From: Dehalococcoidia bacterium
Lineage (GTDB): Bacteria; Chloroflexota; Dehalococcoidia; Plut-88900
Direction: 5' to 3'
Assembly (NCBI GenBank): GCA_965207225.1
Contig: CBDBLV010000005.1
Location: 1,376,001-1,440,000 of the forward strand
DNA length: 64,000 nt
How positions within the stretch are numbered: the stretch's first letter is position 1; each line of letters opens with the position of its first letter. The notes under the pieces are model-generated. The model saw only the letters and a program-made list of their open reading frames with translations, had not been told where the DNA came from and made no database searches. The position numbers and the translations under genes were made by a program. Shown here one piece after another: positions 18,456 through 28,091 of this stretch.

Positions 18456-19475
18456 CTACACCTGGTCCCTGAGCCAGCGGGAGACTTCCTTGGCGTGGTA
18501 GCTGAGGATGATGTCTGCGCCGGAGCGCTTGATGCCGGTAAGGATTTCCATGGTGACTTTCTTTTCGTCGAGCCAGCCATTACGGCCAGCGGCCTTGACC
18601 ATGGCGTATTCACCGCTGACGTTGTAAGCGCCGAGGGGTTGACGGAAGGCTTCTCGGGCCCTGGAAATCACGTCCAGGAAGGCGAGGGCAGGCTTGACCA
18701 TGATTATGTCGGCGCCTTCCTGGATGTCCAATTCGATTTCGAGAAGGGCCTCACGGGCATTGCGGGTGTCCATCTGGTAGGAGCGGCGGTCGCCAAAGGA
18801 GGGGGTGGACTGGGCGGCGTCCCGGAAGGGTCCGTAGAAGGAGGAGGCGTACTTGGCGGAGTAGGCCATGATCGGGGTGAGGTCGAGATCGTTGCGGTCA
18901 AGCATGTCCCGGATTGCGCCAACCACACCGTCCATCATGTTGGAAGGGGCGACGATGTCGGCACCGGCCTCGGCGTGGGATAGGGCAGTCCTGCTGAGGA
19001 GCTCGAGGGTTTGATCGTTATCGACGTATTCGTCGACGATGACGCCGCAGTGGCCGTGGTCGGTGTATTCGCAGAGGCATACGTCGGTGATGACAATGGT
19101 CTCCGGGCAAGCGTCCTTGATGCGGGCGACGGCTTCCTGGATAACGCCGTTGGGGTCGTAGGCACCCGTCCCTATACCATCCTTTTCATTGGGGATGCCG
19201 AAGAGGAGGACTGCCTTTACACCGAGGGCTGCGACCTCTTCGGTCTCCCGGGCTGCGAGGTCGGGGGAGAGCTGGAAGACGCCGGGCATGGAGTCGACGG
19301 GCCGCTTCTGGCCCGAGTCCTGGGTAACGAACATGGGGTATATGAAGTCGCTGGGGCTGAGGGTGGTCTCCCTGGTTAGGTCGCGCATGGCCTGGGTGCG
19401 GCGCAGGCGTCGGAGGCGCTGGGTGGGGAAGCCCGTGCCCCGGGTGGTCGCAATCTGTTCAAGCAAAGTGGTCAT
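18456..19475 (-). CDS. hemB: Porphobilinogen synthase
   Basis: DVCLCEYTDHGHCG, YSAKYASSFYGPFR, VKPA and YNVSGEY motifs. Confidence 0.98.
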   Translation of the reverse strand: MTTLLEQIATTRGTGFPTQRLRRLRRTQAMRDLTRETTLSPSDFIYPMFVTQDSGQKRPVDSMPGVFQLSPDLAARETEEVAALGVKAVLLFGIPNEKDGIGTGAYDPNGVIQEAVARIKDACPETIVITDVCLCEYTDHGHCGVIVDEYVDNDQTLELLSRTALSHAEAGADIVAPSNMMDGVVGAIRDMLDRNDLDLTPIMAYSAKYASSFYGPFRDAAQSTPSFGDRRSYQMDTRNAREALLEIELDIQEGADIIMVKPALAFLDVISRAREAFRQPLGAYNVSGEYAMVKAAGRNGWLDEKKVTMEILTGIKRSGADIILSYHAKEVSRWLRDQV

Positions 19476-20998
19476 TGCCGAGCTCCTACTTGCTTAAGTA
19501 TAGCGTCAATCAGGCCGGGTATGGTGTGTTCCCGGGCCACGATTGTAACATCGAGGCCGAGCTCCCTTGCCGTGGAGGCAGTGACAGGGCCAATACAGGC
19601 TATGCAGGTGTTTTTCAGAGGCTTAACGTCACCTTCCAGGATTTCGACCAGGTTCTTGACCGTGGAAGAACTGGCGAAGGTGGCGATGTCGACTTCTCCG
19701 GACCTGAGGCGTTGGATTGCCCGTTCAGGAATTTGCCTAGGGCCTGCGGCTGCGTAGGTGCAGAACTCATCGACGGCGGCACCCAACTGGGCCAGGCCAT
19801 CGGGGAGGGTGGGGCGGGAGCCTTCGGCCCTTGCCAGCATCACGCGAGCGCCCAGTAAGTTCATGGCTTTGAGGGAGTCCAGAAGGCCTTCGGCTGTGTA
19901 GGTGGAAGCCGTTACGGCAACTTCGTAGCCATGACCTGAAATCGCTTTTGCGGTCTCGGGGCCGATGGCGGCTATTTTCAGGCCGTTGAGGGTTTCGGGT
20001 CGGGCGCCGAGGGCCTGGAGGCGGTCGAAGAAGAAGTTTGCGCCGTTGACGCTGGTGAGGATAAGCCAGTCGTATTTGGGGATACTGGCCACCGCGGTTT
20101 CGAGGGCCTTCTTATGTTTGTGGGACTGGGTAATCTCGATGGCGGGGAGCTCAATGACCTCCGCGCCGAGGGCGGAGAGCCGGAAGGACAGGGCGCTGGC
20201 CTGCTTTCGGGCGCGGGTGACGAGGATGCGTTTGCCTGAGAGGGGCCGGGTCTCATGCCACCCTATTTTTTCTCTGAGTGCAGCCACTTGGCCGATTACG
20301 GCCACTGCCGGGGGTCGGAGGCCGGCTTCCGAGGCCCTTTGCACGATGTCAGCGAGGGTACCGCTGATGGTCTTCTGGTCGGGGGTGGTGGCGTCCTGGA
20401 TAAGGGCGACGGGTGTGCCACGGGGCTTGCCGGCCTTGATGAGGCGGTCAGCGATGGAAGCGAGGTTTCCCAGGCCCATGAGGACGACGATGGTGTCGGG
20501 GCCCTGGGCGAGGGCGTCCCAGTCGACGGAAGCCCGGGACTTTTCGGGGTCTTCGTGGCCGGTGACTATGACTATGGAAGAAGAGAGGTCTCGGTGGGTA
20601 ACGGGGATTCCGGCGTAGGCGGGGGCGGCTATAGCCGAGGTGATACCGGGGACGACTTCGAAGGGAATGCCGGAATCGGCGAGGAATTCGGCTTCCTCTC
20701 CACCTCGGCCGAAGAGGAAGGGGTCGCCGCCTTTGAGCCTGACCACAAGGTTGCCTTTTCGGGCCTCGGCGACCAGGATTTCGTTAATCTCGTCCTGGGT
20801 TTTGGTGTGGTGTTTCGGGGTCTTGCCGACGTAGACCAGTTTACAGGACTCGGCGGCGTGGTCAAGGAGGTCGGGGTTGACGAGGCGGTCGTAGACTATG
20901 ACGTCGGCGCGCTTGATGTACTCGAAGGCCTTGACGGTGATGAGCCCGGGGTCGCCGGGCCCCGCGCCGACGAGGGCGACGAAGCCTTTACCCATCAT
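19472..20998 (-). CDS. cobA: Uroporphyrinogen-III C-methyltransferase / uroporphyrinogen-III synthase (CobA-HemD fusion)
   Basis: VGAGPGDPGLIT and RLKGGDPFLFGRGGEE in the N-half; LVTRA, TSVNG, AIGP and FASSSTV in the C-half. Confidence 0.95.
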   Translation of the reverse strand: MMGKGFVALVGAGPGDPGLITVKAFEYIKRADVIVYDRLVNPDLLDHAAESCKLVYVGKTPKHHTKTQDEINEILVAEARKGNLVVRLKGGDPFLFGRGGEEAEFLADSGIPFEVVPGITSAIAAPAYAGIPVTHRDLSSSIVIVTGHEDPEKSRASVDWDALAQGPDTIVVLMGLGNLASIADRLIKAGKPRGTPVALIQDATTPDQKTISGTLADIVQRASEAGLRPPAVAVIGQVAALREKIGWHETRPLSGKRILVTRARKQASALSFRLSALGAEVIELPAIEITQSHKHKKALETAVASIPKYDWLILTSVNGANFFFDRLQALGARPETLNGLKIAAIGPETAKAISGHGYEVAVTASTYTAEGLLDSLKAMNLLGARVMLARAEGSRPTLPDGLAQLGAAVDEFCTYAAAGPRQIPERAIQRLRSGEVDIATFASSSTVKNLVEILEGDVKPLKNTCIACIGPVTASTARELGLDVTIVAREHTIPGLIDAILKQVGARQ

Positions 20999-21918
20999 CC
21001 AACCACCCCAGAAAGCAACTCTGCTGCACCTTGAGCTTTCAATTGCTCGGCGAGTTGGATGCCGAGGGATTCCGCATGTTCGGGGCTGCCCTGGATGGAC
21101 CCGGTGATGATTTCCAGGGTGTCGGGGTGGCCTACCAAGCCGGACAGGTTGAGGGAATTGCCGGTGACGGTCGCATAGGCCGTGACGGGGGCGAGGCAGC
21201 CGCTGCCAAGCTCCCGGAGGAAGGACCTTTCGGCGTCGACGGCTTGTCGGGTGGGGGTGTGTTGTATTGCTGAGAAGAGTTGGTTGATTTCGGTGTTGGC
21301 GGCGAGGGTTTCTATGGCGAGGGCGCCCTGGCCCATGGCGGGGAGGCAGGTCTCGGGGGGGAGGTATTCGGAGATGCGGCGCTGCCAGCCCATGCGGATG
21401 AGGCCAGCGGCGGCGAGGACTATGGCGTCGTAGTCGCCGTTGTCGAGCTTGCGGATGCGGGTGTCGATGTTGCCGCGGATGTGGGTGATTTGCAGGTCAG
21501 GGCGGGCGGCCTTGATCTGGACGGCGCGCCTGGGGCTTCCGGTGCCGACTCGGGCGCCGGGGGGGAGGTCTTTCAGTACTGTGCCGTTGGATGATAGGAG
21601 AACGTCTCGGGGGTCGAGGCGCTCAAGGACGGCTGCGAGGGTGAAGTCATTGTCAACGTCAGTGGGCATGTCCTTCAGGCTGTGTGTTGCGGCGTCAATC
21701 TCTCCCGAACGGAGCTTGTCCTCAAGGGTGGAAACAAATACGCCGCGAGCGTTGAGCCTGGCGATGGGAGAGACTTTGTCGTGGTCTCCGACGGCGTGGA
21801 TTAGGACGATTTCGACCTGCAGGTCGGGGTGGGTGCGGGAGAGGCAATCGGAAGTTTCGCGGGCCTGGGCGATGGCAAGGTCGCTGGCCCGCGTCCCGAG
21901 CTTGATCACGCCTTTCAC
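20995..21918 (-). CDS. hemC: Hydroxymethylbilane synthase
   Basis: GTRASDLA, HSLKDMP, GTGSPRR, IRGNIDTR and LGSGC motifs. Confidence 0.97.
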   Translation of the reverse strand: MKGVIKLGTRASDLAIAQARETSDCLSRTHPDLQVEIVLIHAVGDHDKVSPIARLNARGVFVSTLEDKLRSGEIDAATHSLKDMPTDVDNDFTLAAVLERLDPRDVLLSSNGTVLKDLPPGARVGTGSPRRAVQIKAARPDLQITHIRGNIDTRIRKLDNGDYDAIVLAAAGLIRMGWQRRISEYLPPETCLPAMGQGALAIETLAANTEINQLFSAIQHTPTRQAVDAERSFLRELGSGCLAPVTAYATVTGNSLNLSGLVGHPDTLEIITGSIQGSPEHAESLGIQLAEQLKAQGAAELLSGVVG

Positions 21919-21931
21919 AGTAAGGCCCCGT

Positions 21932-22576
21932 TTACTTGCCTGCTTTTCCGTTGCCGGTGAGGGATGCGAAGAGGTAGCGGCGGGCGTCGGCGAGGCGACG
22001 CTGTTTGACGAGGGATATGAAGCCGTCGTCGATGGACTTCTGCCATCGGGATGGGCTGACGTTGTGGCCTTCGCCGCGGACCTGGAGACGGACCTTTGAC
22101 ATCACCCTGGCGAGGCCACTGTATTCGGGAGGGAACTGCTGCTCGACCTGGCGTCGGAGCCACCGGGCGAGGGCCGGGCTGGCTCCCCCCGTGGATATGG
22201 CGAAGGTGATGTCTCCTCGACGAACGATGGAAGGGGCGATGAAATCGCAGTAAGGGGTGTCGTCGACGACGTTGACGATCAAGCCGAGGCTGCGGCCTTC
22301 GATGCCAACCTTTCGGTTGAGGGGCATATCGTCGGTGGCGGCTATGAGGAGGTAGAAGCCTTCGAGGTCGGAGGACTGGAATTCCCTGGGTATGTGGGTA
22401 ACGAGGCCCTTGTCGATGCGTCGTTGGAGCCGGGGAGTGACGGTGGGGCTTACGACGGTGACGCGGGCGTCGGCATCCAGTAGGCCCTTGACCTTGCGTT
22501 CGGCGATCTGGCCGCCGCCGACGACGAGGCAGGGTCGGTCCTGGATGCTGAGGAAAGCAGGGTAGTAACTAGGCAT
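21932..22576 (-). CDS. Precorrin-2 dehydrogenase / sirohydrochlorin ferrochelatase (SirC/CysG N-terminal type)
   Basis: YYPAFL, VVGGGQIAERK, NVVD..CDF and ISTGGASP motifs. Confidence 0.93.
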   Translation of the reverse strand: MPSYYPAFLSIQDRPCLVVGGGQIAERKVKGLLDADARVTVVSPTVTPRLQRRIDKGLVTHIPREFQSSDLEGFYLLIAATDDMPLNRKVGIEGRSLGLIVNVVDDTPYCDFIAPSIVRRGDITFAISTGGASPALARWLRRQVEQQFPPEYSGLARVMSKVRLQVRGEGHNVSPSRWQKSIDDGFISLVKQRRLADARRYLFASLTGNGKAGK

Positions 22577-22671
22577 GGAATGAGCGAATTCGGCTAATCA
22601 AAGCGATAGGTTAGCTGTTCCAGGGAAATTTTACACGAATTGTGCAGGTGGGGCAGGGAGGGGAGGTCGGT

Positions 22672-23358
22672 TCAGGAGAGGACGCGGTCGACGATGCCAG
22701 AGAACCAGCCCCAGGTCTGGCTTCCAAGGAAGGCTCCGACTATTGCCTGTATGGTCTTGCCGGTCCAGACGATGAGTAGAAACCTCTTAAGGGGGAACTT
22801 GATGGCCCCGGCGGCGAGGCCTGCGGCGTCAAAGGCGGGATTGGGGACTATGGAGAGGAGGAACAGGGTGATGCTGCCTCGTCTTTCCATCCAGCTTTTG
22901 GCCCGGGCGAAGAGCCTGCTACGCTTCTCGAGGAGCTCGCCGCCCTCATAGCCTATGGCGTAGCCGGTTATCTCTCCGAGGGTGGCGGCGACGCCGGCGA
23001 CGATGCCGACAAGGAAGGGGTTGAGCCAGGCCCCGGCGCCGATGACGACCAGGCTGCTGGCGCTGGGCAGGAAAATGGTGGCAGCGCCCAAAAAGGTGAA
23101 GATGAATACACCGACATAACCGAGGGAGATGAGGTTCTTTTCGTCGAAGAGGTAGTCGTGGAGGAAGAAGGCGCCGATGCTAAAGCCGATGGCGGCGATT
23201 GCTGCCCCAGCAATGAGATGCTGGCGCCTGATTCCAGCCCGCTCCAGAAGCAAACGCATGCCCGAGAGCATGCCGTGGCGCGGAGAGGTCTGCTGACTTG
23301 CTTCTGAGTCGAGTTCCTGGGGCTCGGGGAGGTCATTGACGGAATAGCTGTGAGACAC
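22672..23358 (-). CDS. VTT/DedA (SNARE-associated) membrane protein
   Basis: LGEITGYAIG and VPNPAFDAAGLAAG motifs; start uncertain. Confidence 0.85.
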   Translation of the reverse strand: MSHSYSVNDLPEPQELDSEASQQTSPRHGMLSGMRLLLERAGIRRQHLIAGAAIAAIGFSIGAFFLHDYLFDEKNLISLGYVGVFIFTFLGAATIFLPSASSLVVIGAGAWLNPFLVGIVAGVAATLGEITGYAIGYEGGELLEKRSRLFARAKSWMERRGSITLFLLSIVPNPAFDAAGLAAGAIKFPLKRFLLIVWTGKTIQAIVGAFLGSQTWGWFSGIVDRVLS

Positions 23359-23521
23359 AGCACACCTTCCAGGCGGGGGAATGAAACCATGGGGCAGGGA
23401 ACGATGAAATTATACCGAAAAGGCGGGGGCGGAAACAGGAATCAAAGAGATCCATCACGGCTCCAAGCCAATCCTTTAGAATAGCCGGTATTTTGATGCG
23501 ACTGCAGGCATTGCGGGAAAG

Positions 23522-24775
23522 ATGAGGGATTCCGGCATAGAGTCGGGGGCCGGGGGATATCCCAAGTTCAGATTTGTCGTGCTGGCCTTCCTGGGCTTGT
23601 CCAACATCCTGAACTCCCTGATCATGCTCTCGCTGGGCATAATGCTGCCCAACATTTCGGATGACCTGGGGCTATCGTCATCGCAGCAGGGGTTCCTGGG
23701 GTCGTCCATGTTCATTGGGACGATGCTGATGTCGATGCCTGCTGGGCTATGGCTGTCCAAACCCAATGCCAGCAGGGTTCTGCTGGGGGCGCTGGCCTTC
23801 GGGACGACGTTCGTGATTGTCCAGGCATGGGCCCCGAACTACACGGTGCTGCTGCTGGCGCGCCTTGCGTTTGGCGTGGCCATAGTGGCACGGCAGCCGG
23901 CGCGGGCCGTGCTGACCGCACAGTGGTTCCCCAAGCGGGAGATCGTGCTGGTCAACGGCTTGGTCAATACCACCTATGGGGCCTCGGCGGTGATTGCGCT
24001 GCTGCTGACTCCCTTCTTGCAGGTGTGGCTGAATGACAGCTGGCGGTGGACGCTCACGATTTACGGGCTCATTTTCATGGTCGTGACCCTGATATGGGCG
24101 GTCATTGGGAAGGAGCGGAGGACAGAGGAGCCCATCAATGTTCCCGGGCTTAGGGATGAAGAAAAGGTTGGAGAAGCATCGCCCTGGGGGGTGCTGAAAG
24201 ACCGGGACGTCTGGATGGTGAGCATGGGGATGATCGGGATGCTGGTCATGGAGTTCCCGCTGCTCACCCTCTGGCCAACGCTGATGCTTCGGGAGCGGGG
24301 AATCGAAGAGACGGTGTCGGGAGGCATGTTGCTGGCGGCGGCGATATCCGAGGGCATTGGGAACATAATTTTGTCGACAATGTTCATGAGCCGGGGGTCG
24401 AGGGGAATGCGAAGGCTGGCGGTGGCGGGCCTGGTAGTGCTGCTGGTCGGGACGGCGGTGGGGATGAACATGTCCACGTCGATACCGCTCCTGTGGACAT
24501 ACGCGGTATTTCACGGGGTGGGGTTCTCATTCATCGGACTAATATGGACGGTGCCGTTCGAGATACCGAACATTACGCACAGGCAGATTGCGGTGGCGTC
24601 CGGGTTCATAGAGGGTGTGGGGAGGCTGGGAGGGGTGCTGGGGCCCGCGTTTGTCGGGATTGCGTGGGACGCAACCGGAGACCGGGTGTGGCCGATGGTG
24701 ATAAGCTCTTTCTTCGGGCTTACAATGGCCGCCGCCGGGCTGATGCTGTTCAGGGACAGGTCGGGGCCCGACTAG
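23522..24775 (+). CDS. MFS transporter
   Basis: About 12 hydrophobic segments; WFPKRE loop motif. Confidence 0.88.
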   Translation: MRDSGIESGAGGYPKFRFVVLAFLGLSNILNSLIMLSLGIMLPNISDDLGLSSSQQGFLGSSMFIGTMLMSMPAGLWLSKPNASRVLLGALAFGTTFVIVQAWAPNYTVLLLARLAFGVAIVARQPARAVLTAQWFPKREIVLVNGLVNTTYGASAVIALLLTPFLQVWLNDSWRWTLTIYGLIFMVVTLIWAVIGKERRTEEPINVPGLRDEEKVGEASPWGVLKDRDVWMVSMGMIGMLVMEFPLLTLWPTLMLRERGIEETVSGGMLLAAAISEGIGNIILSTMFMSRGSRGMRRLAVAGLVVLLVGTAVGMNMSTSIPLLWTYAVFHGVGFSFIGLIWTVPFEIPNITHRQIAVASGFIEGVGRLGGVLGPAFVGIAWDATGDRVWPMVISSFFGLTMAAAGLMLFRDRSGPD

Positions 24776-24784
24776 AACCAGGAA

Positions 24785-26029
24785 TTGATTAGCTCTCCCC
24801 CAGATGCACTAAGGCCGTCACGCTACCGGTGGGTAGTGATGATGACGTTTAACGTGGCACACGCCTCGGCGATTGTGGGGGCACTGGTCCTGGGCGTGCT
24901 GCTGCCCACGATGTCAGAGGACCTGGGGTTGTCGCCGCTGCAACAGGGGTGGCTGGGGTCGTCGGCGATAATCGGGAGCCTGATACTCTCGATTCCCTTC
25001 GGCCTGTGGATGTCGCGCTACAGGCCGATGATTCTGACGGCGATAACTCTCTTCCTGGGCGCCGGATTCGTATTCATGCAGGCGGCGGCGTCCAACTTTG
25101 CGATACTGCTGCTAGGACGGCTGCTCTTCGGGATCACGCCCGTGGCCCGGGAGGCATCCCGGGTGCTGCTGGTGCGGCAGTGGCTGCCGGCAAGGGAGAT
25201 ACAGCTTTCGAGCGGGATTCTCAACGCGGTTTTCGGGATATCCCTCACGATCAGCTTTGTTGTCGCACCCCTAATGCTGGAGGCCTTCGACAACAACTGG
25301 CGAACAACGCTGTACGCATGGGGATACTTCAGTGTCGGGATGGCCGTGGCATGGGTGTTGCTGGGTCGGGAGAACCGGACGGTGGAATACGAACAGGACT
25401 CGGGATCCCAGGAGGGTTCTCCTATGAAGAGCCTGTTCAAGTATAAGGAGCCGTGGCTGCTGGGGGTGGCGATTCTGGGATATGCGATTGCCCAGATGTC
25501 CCAGTTCACGTTCTGGCCGACGTTCATGAAGGAAGAATACGGGATGTCCGAGGTCAGGGCCGGGATGGTAATTGGGGTGGTGGGGGTAGTTGTGGCCGCC
25601 GGGGGGCTGGTGATGCTGCCGGTGATAAAGAGGTTCGGGGGTTACCGGATCCCGCTCATAGGAATTGGGATACTGATAGCAGCGACCAACCTGGCCGTGC
25701 TGTTCACGGGGTCGATGCCCATCCTGGTGGGGGCTTTCATAATCAATGGGCTGGCCAGAGGGGGGTTCTGGATCCCCTTCACGTCGCTGCCGTTTGAGCT
25801 GCCGGGGATCCTGCCCCGGGAGGCGGCGGTGGTGCAGGGGATGATGTTCTCGATGCTTTGGCTGGGGAGTGTCGTGGGGCCGCTACTGGTGGCCATAATT
25901 CAAACTGCCACCGGAAGTCTGCAACTGGCAATGATCATCTCCGCGTTGTGCCCAATCGCCGTCACTGTAACCGGGCTGTTTATCTCGTCGCGGACCGGAG
26001 GGGGCGAGTCGGACGGCACGCACAGATGA
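24785..26029 (+). CDS. MFS transporter (paralogue of the upstream gene)
   Basis: About 12 hydrophobic segments; shares DLGLS..QQG.LGSS and PFE motifs with its neighbour. Confidence 0.88.
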   Translation: MISSPPDALRPSRYRWVVMMTFNVAHASAIVGALVLGVLLPTMSEDLGLSPLQQGWLGSSAIIGSLILSIPFGLWMSRYRPMILTAITLFLGAGFVFMQAAASNFAILLLGRLLFGITPVAREASRVLLVRQWLPAREIQLSSGILNAVFGISLTISFVVAPLMLEAFDNNWRTTLYAWGYFSVGMAVAWVLLGRENRTVEYEQDSGSQEGSPMKSLFKYKEPWLLGVAILGYAIAQMSQFTFWPTFMKEEYGMSEVRAGMVIGVVGVVVAAGGLVMLPVIKRFGGYRIPLIGIGILIAATNLAVLFTGSMPILVGAFIINGLARGGFWIPFTSLPFELPGILPREAAVVQGMMFSMLWLGSVVGPLLVAIIQTATGSLQLAMIISALCPIAVTVTGLFISSRTGGGESDGTHR

Positions 26030-26060
26030 TGATAGGCGGCACACAACCCCATCAGTGGCG

Positions 26061-26714
26061 CTAGAGCCCGGCGAAGGGGCAGCGATGGCTGATGCAGGCA
26101 GAGGCGACATCCAGGTCCACAATGGGCGGAAACCCGACCTGCCTTAGCATCTCCGACGCCGCACAAAGAGGCAGCCCGACCACGTTGAAGTAACAGCCGT
26201 TGACGGGGGCGGCAGGGTGGAAGTCGGTATCCTGAATCCCATAGGCGCCCGCCTTGTCCAAGGGCGAACCGGTGGCTATGTAGGCCTCAATTTCCTCGTC
26301 GGTGTAGGGGCGCATGAGGACGGAGGTGTTGACATGGGCGACTATGGGTTCGGAGGGGCGGGGAGGGATGAGGGCGATGCCCGTGACCACTCGGTGGGGC
26401 CTTCCACGCAAGGCAATAAGCATGTCCCTGGCCTCCTGGTCATCGGCGGGTTTGCCGAACATGCGGCTCCCGAGGCAGACAATGGTGTCGGCGGCGAGGA
26501 CGTGGGCGTCGGGGCGGAGCTGGGAGACGACGTCGGCCTTGGCGAGGGCGATCCGGTGGGCAACATCCTCGGGTCTGGCCGATGGATTTATGAGGGATGT
26601 TTCGTCGATGTCGGCGGGGCAGACCTCGTAGGGGATGCCGAGGGCGTCCATGATTTGAGTGCGTCTCGGGGAGCGGGAGGCGAGGATGAGGGTAGGAGCT
26701 TCTTCGGCGTAGAT
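26061..26714 (-). CDS. maf: Maf family nucleoside triphosphate pyrophosphatase (probable ATC start)
   Basis: LILASRSPRR lies upstream of the first ATG; ADT, GKP, DKAGAYGIQ and NVVGLP motifs. Confidence 0.92.
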   Translation of the reverse strand: MYAEEAPTLILASRSPRRTQIMDALGIPYEVCPADIDETSLINPSARPEDVAHRIALAKADVVSQLRPDAHVLAADTIVCLGSRMFGKPADDQEARDMLIALRGRPHRVVTGIALIPPRPSEPIVAHVNTSVLMRPYTDEEIEAYIATGSPLDKAGAYGIQDTDFHPAAPVNGCYFNVVGLPLCAASEMLRQVGFPPIVDLDVASACISHRCPFAGL

Positions 26715-26717
26715 GGG

Positions 26718-27884
26718 TTAGCTCCTTTCGAGGATGGATATGGACTCGACATGGTGTGTCTGGGGAAACATGTCGATGGGTACGGCCTCTCTGAGTCTGT
26801 ATCCCCCGGAGATGAGGATGCGCAGGTCCTGGGCGAGGGTGTTCGGGGCACAGGAGACGTAGGCGATTGTTCGAGGGGCGAGTTTGGCCAAGAAGTCAAG
26901 AACTGTTGGGTGGCAGCCGGTGCGAGGGGGGTCGAGGATTACGGCGTCGGGGCGGGCGTCGAGGGCCGGGAGAATTTCCTCGGACTTCCCCTTGACTACG
27001 GTGACGTTGGGGAAGGGTCGGCAGTTAATGACAGCGTCCTCAATAGCGGAAGGAGATTCCTCCAGCGTGATTATCTCCCGGTAGTAGGGGGCGAGCAGGA
27101 CAGCGAAAGTGCCCACGCCTCCGTAGGCGTCGGCGAGGAGCTCGTCGCCGGTGGGATTGAGGCGGTCACGAAGCTCGGAGGCCATGCGCTCGGCCTGGGG
27201 TGTGTTGACCTGGAAGAAGGAGGGGCTGGAGACTCGGAAGGGGTAGCCGAAAAGGGACTCGGTGAAATGAGCCTGCCCCGACTCGAATTTAAGGCCGGAA
27301 ATGTTGAGATGGGGTTGCACTAGGAGGTCTGCTGTGGCGACACCGCATCGGACGGAGACTTGGCGCAGGCCCTTGCCCTTGTCTTGAAGGTCGGATAGGA
27401 CAGAGTTTATGCGGTCGTGCATGAGGAGGCAGCGGTCGATTTGGAGGTGGCGTCGGGTGCCGGCGCGGGTGAAGCCGAGCTTTCCCTCGCGGTTGACGGA
27501 GAAGCGGGCGTGGTTTCTGTAGGCAGTAGTGGAAGGGGAAGGGATTGTCTTGTCTACGCAGGGTTCGGAAATGCCTCCGGTCTCCTGCAGATGACGCTTC
27601 AGGATGTCACGCTTGATTTCAAGCTGGCGGGGGTAGGCGACGTGCTGCCACTGGCAACCTCCGCATTCTCCGAAATAAGGGCACGGGGGCCGGACGCGGT
27701 GGGGGGAGGGGTCGATGACCTTAGTTATTGCGAGTGTTTTGGAAGCCTTCCTACCCTCAACTACCTCGACCTCAACGGTCTCGCCGGGGATGGCGAAGGG
27801 CACGGGTAGGGACTCGCCATTCAGGTAGGCGAAGGGTTCGCCGTTGGGGGAGAGGGTGTGGGGGGTGAGGGTCACTGCTGGCAT
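26718..27884 (-). CDS. TrmA/RlmD family RNA m5U methyltransferase
   Basis: CPYFGECGGCQWQH 4Fe-4S motif; SFFQVN, LDPPRTG, YVSC and DMFPQTHHVE; start at MPAVT. Confidence 0.93.
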   Translation of the reverse strand: MPAVTLTPHTLSPNGEPFAYLNGESLPVPFAIPGETVEVEVVEGRKASKTLAITKVIDPSPHRVRPPCPYFGECGGCQWQHVAYPRQLEIKRDILKRHLQETGGISEPCVDKTIPSPSTTAYRNHARFSVNREGKLGFTRAGTRRHLQIDRCLLMHDRINSVLSDLQDKGKGLRQVSVRCGVATADLLVQPHLNISGLKFESGQAHFTESLFGYPFRVSSPSFFQVNTPQAERMASELRDRLNPTGDELLADAYGGVGTFAVLLAPYYREIITLEESPSAIEDAVINCRPFPNVTVVKGKSEEILPALDARPDAVILDPPRTGCHPTVLDFLAKLAPRTIAYVSCAPNTLAQDLRILISGGYRLREAVPIDMFPQTHHVESISILERS

Positions 27885-28091
27885 GAGAGAAGCGTACATA
27901 GAGAGGGGTGATATCGCAAGGCGAGGCGTATTTGACATGGGGGAGGGGGGTTTGGGAATATGGACGGCGTTTCTGGGGGAGCGAGGCTTGGGGGAAGTGC
28001 TCGCACAGGTCCTAGATTCCTCACAGAGCCCCTGAATGGCTGTGGGAGAGGGAGATGCGAGGAAGGGGCAAATCCTAGCAAGGTGGAATAG

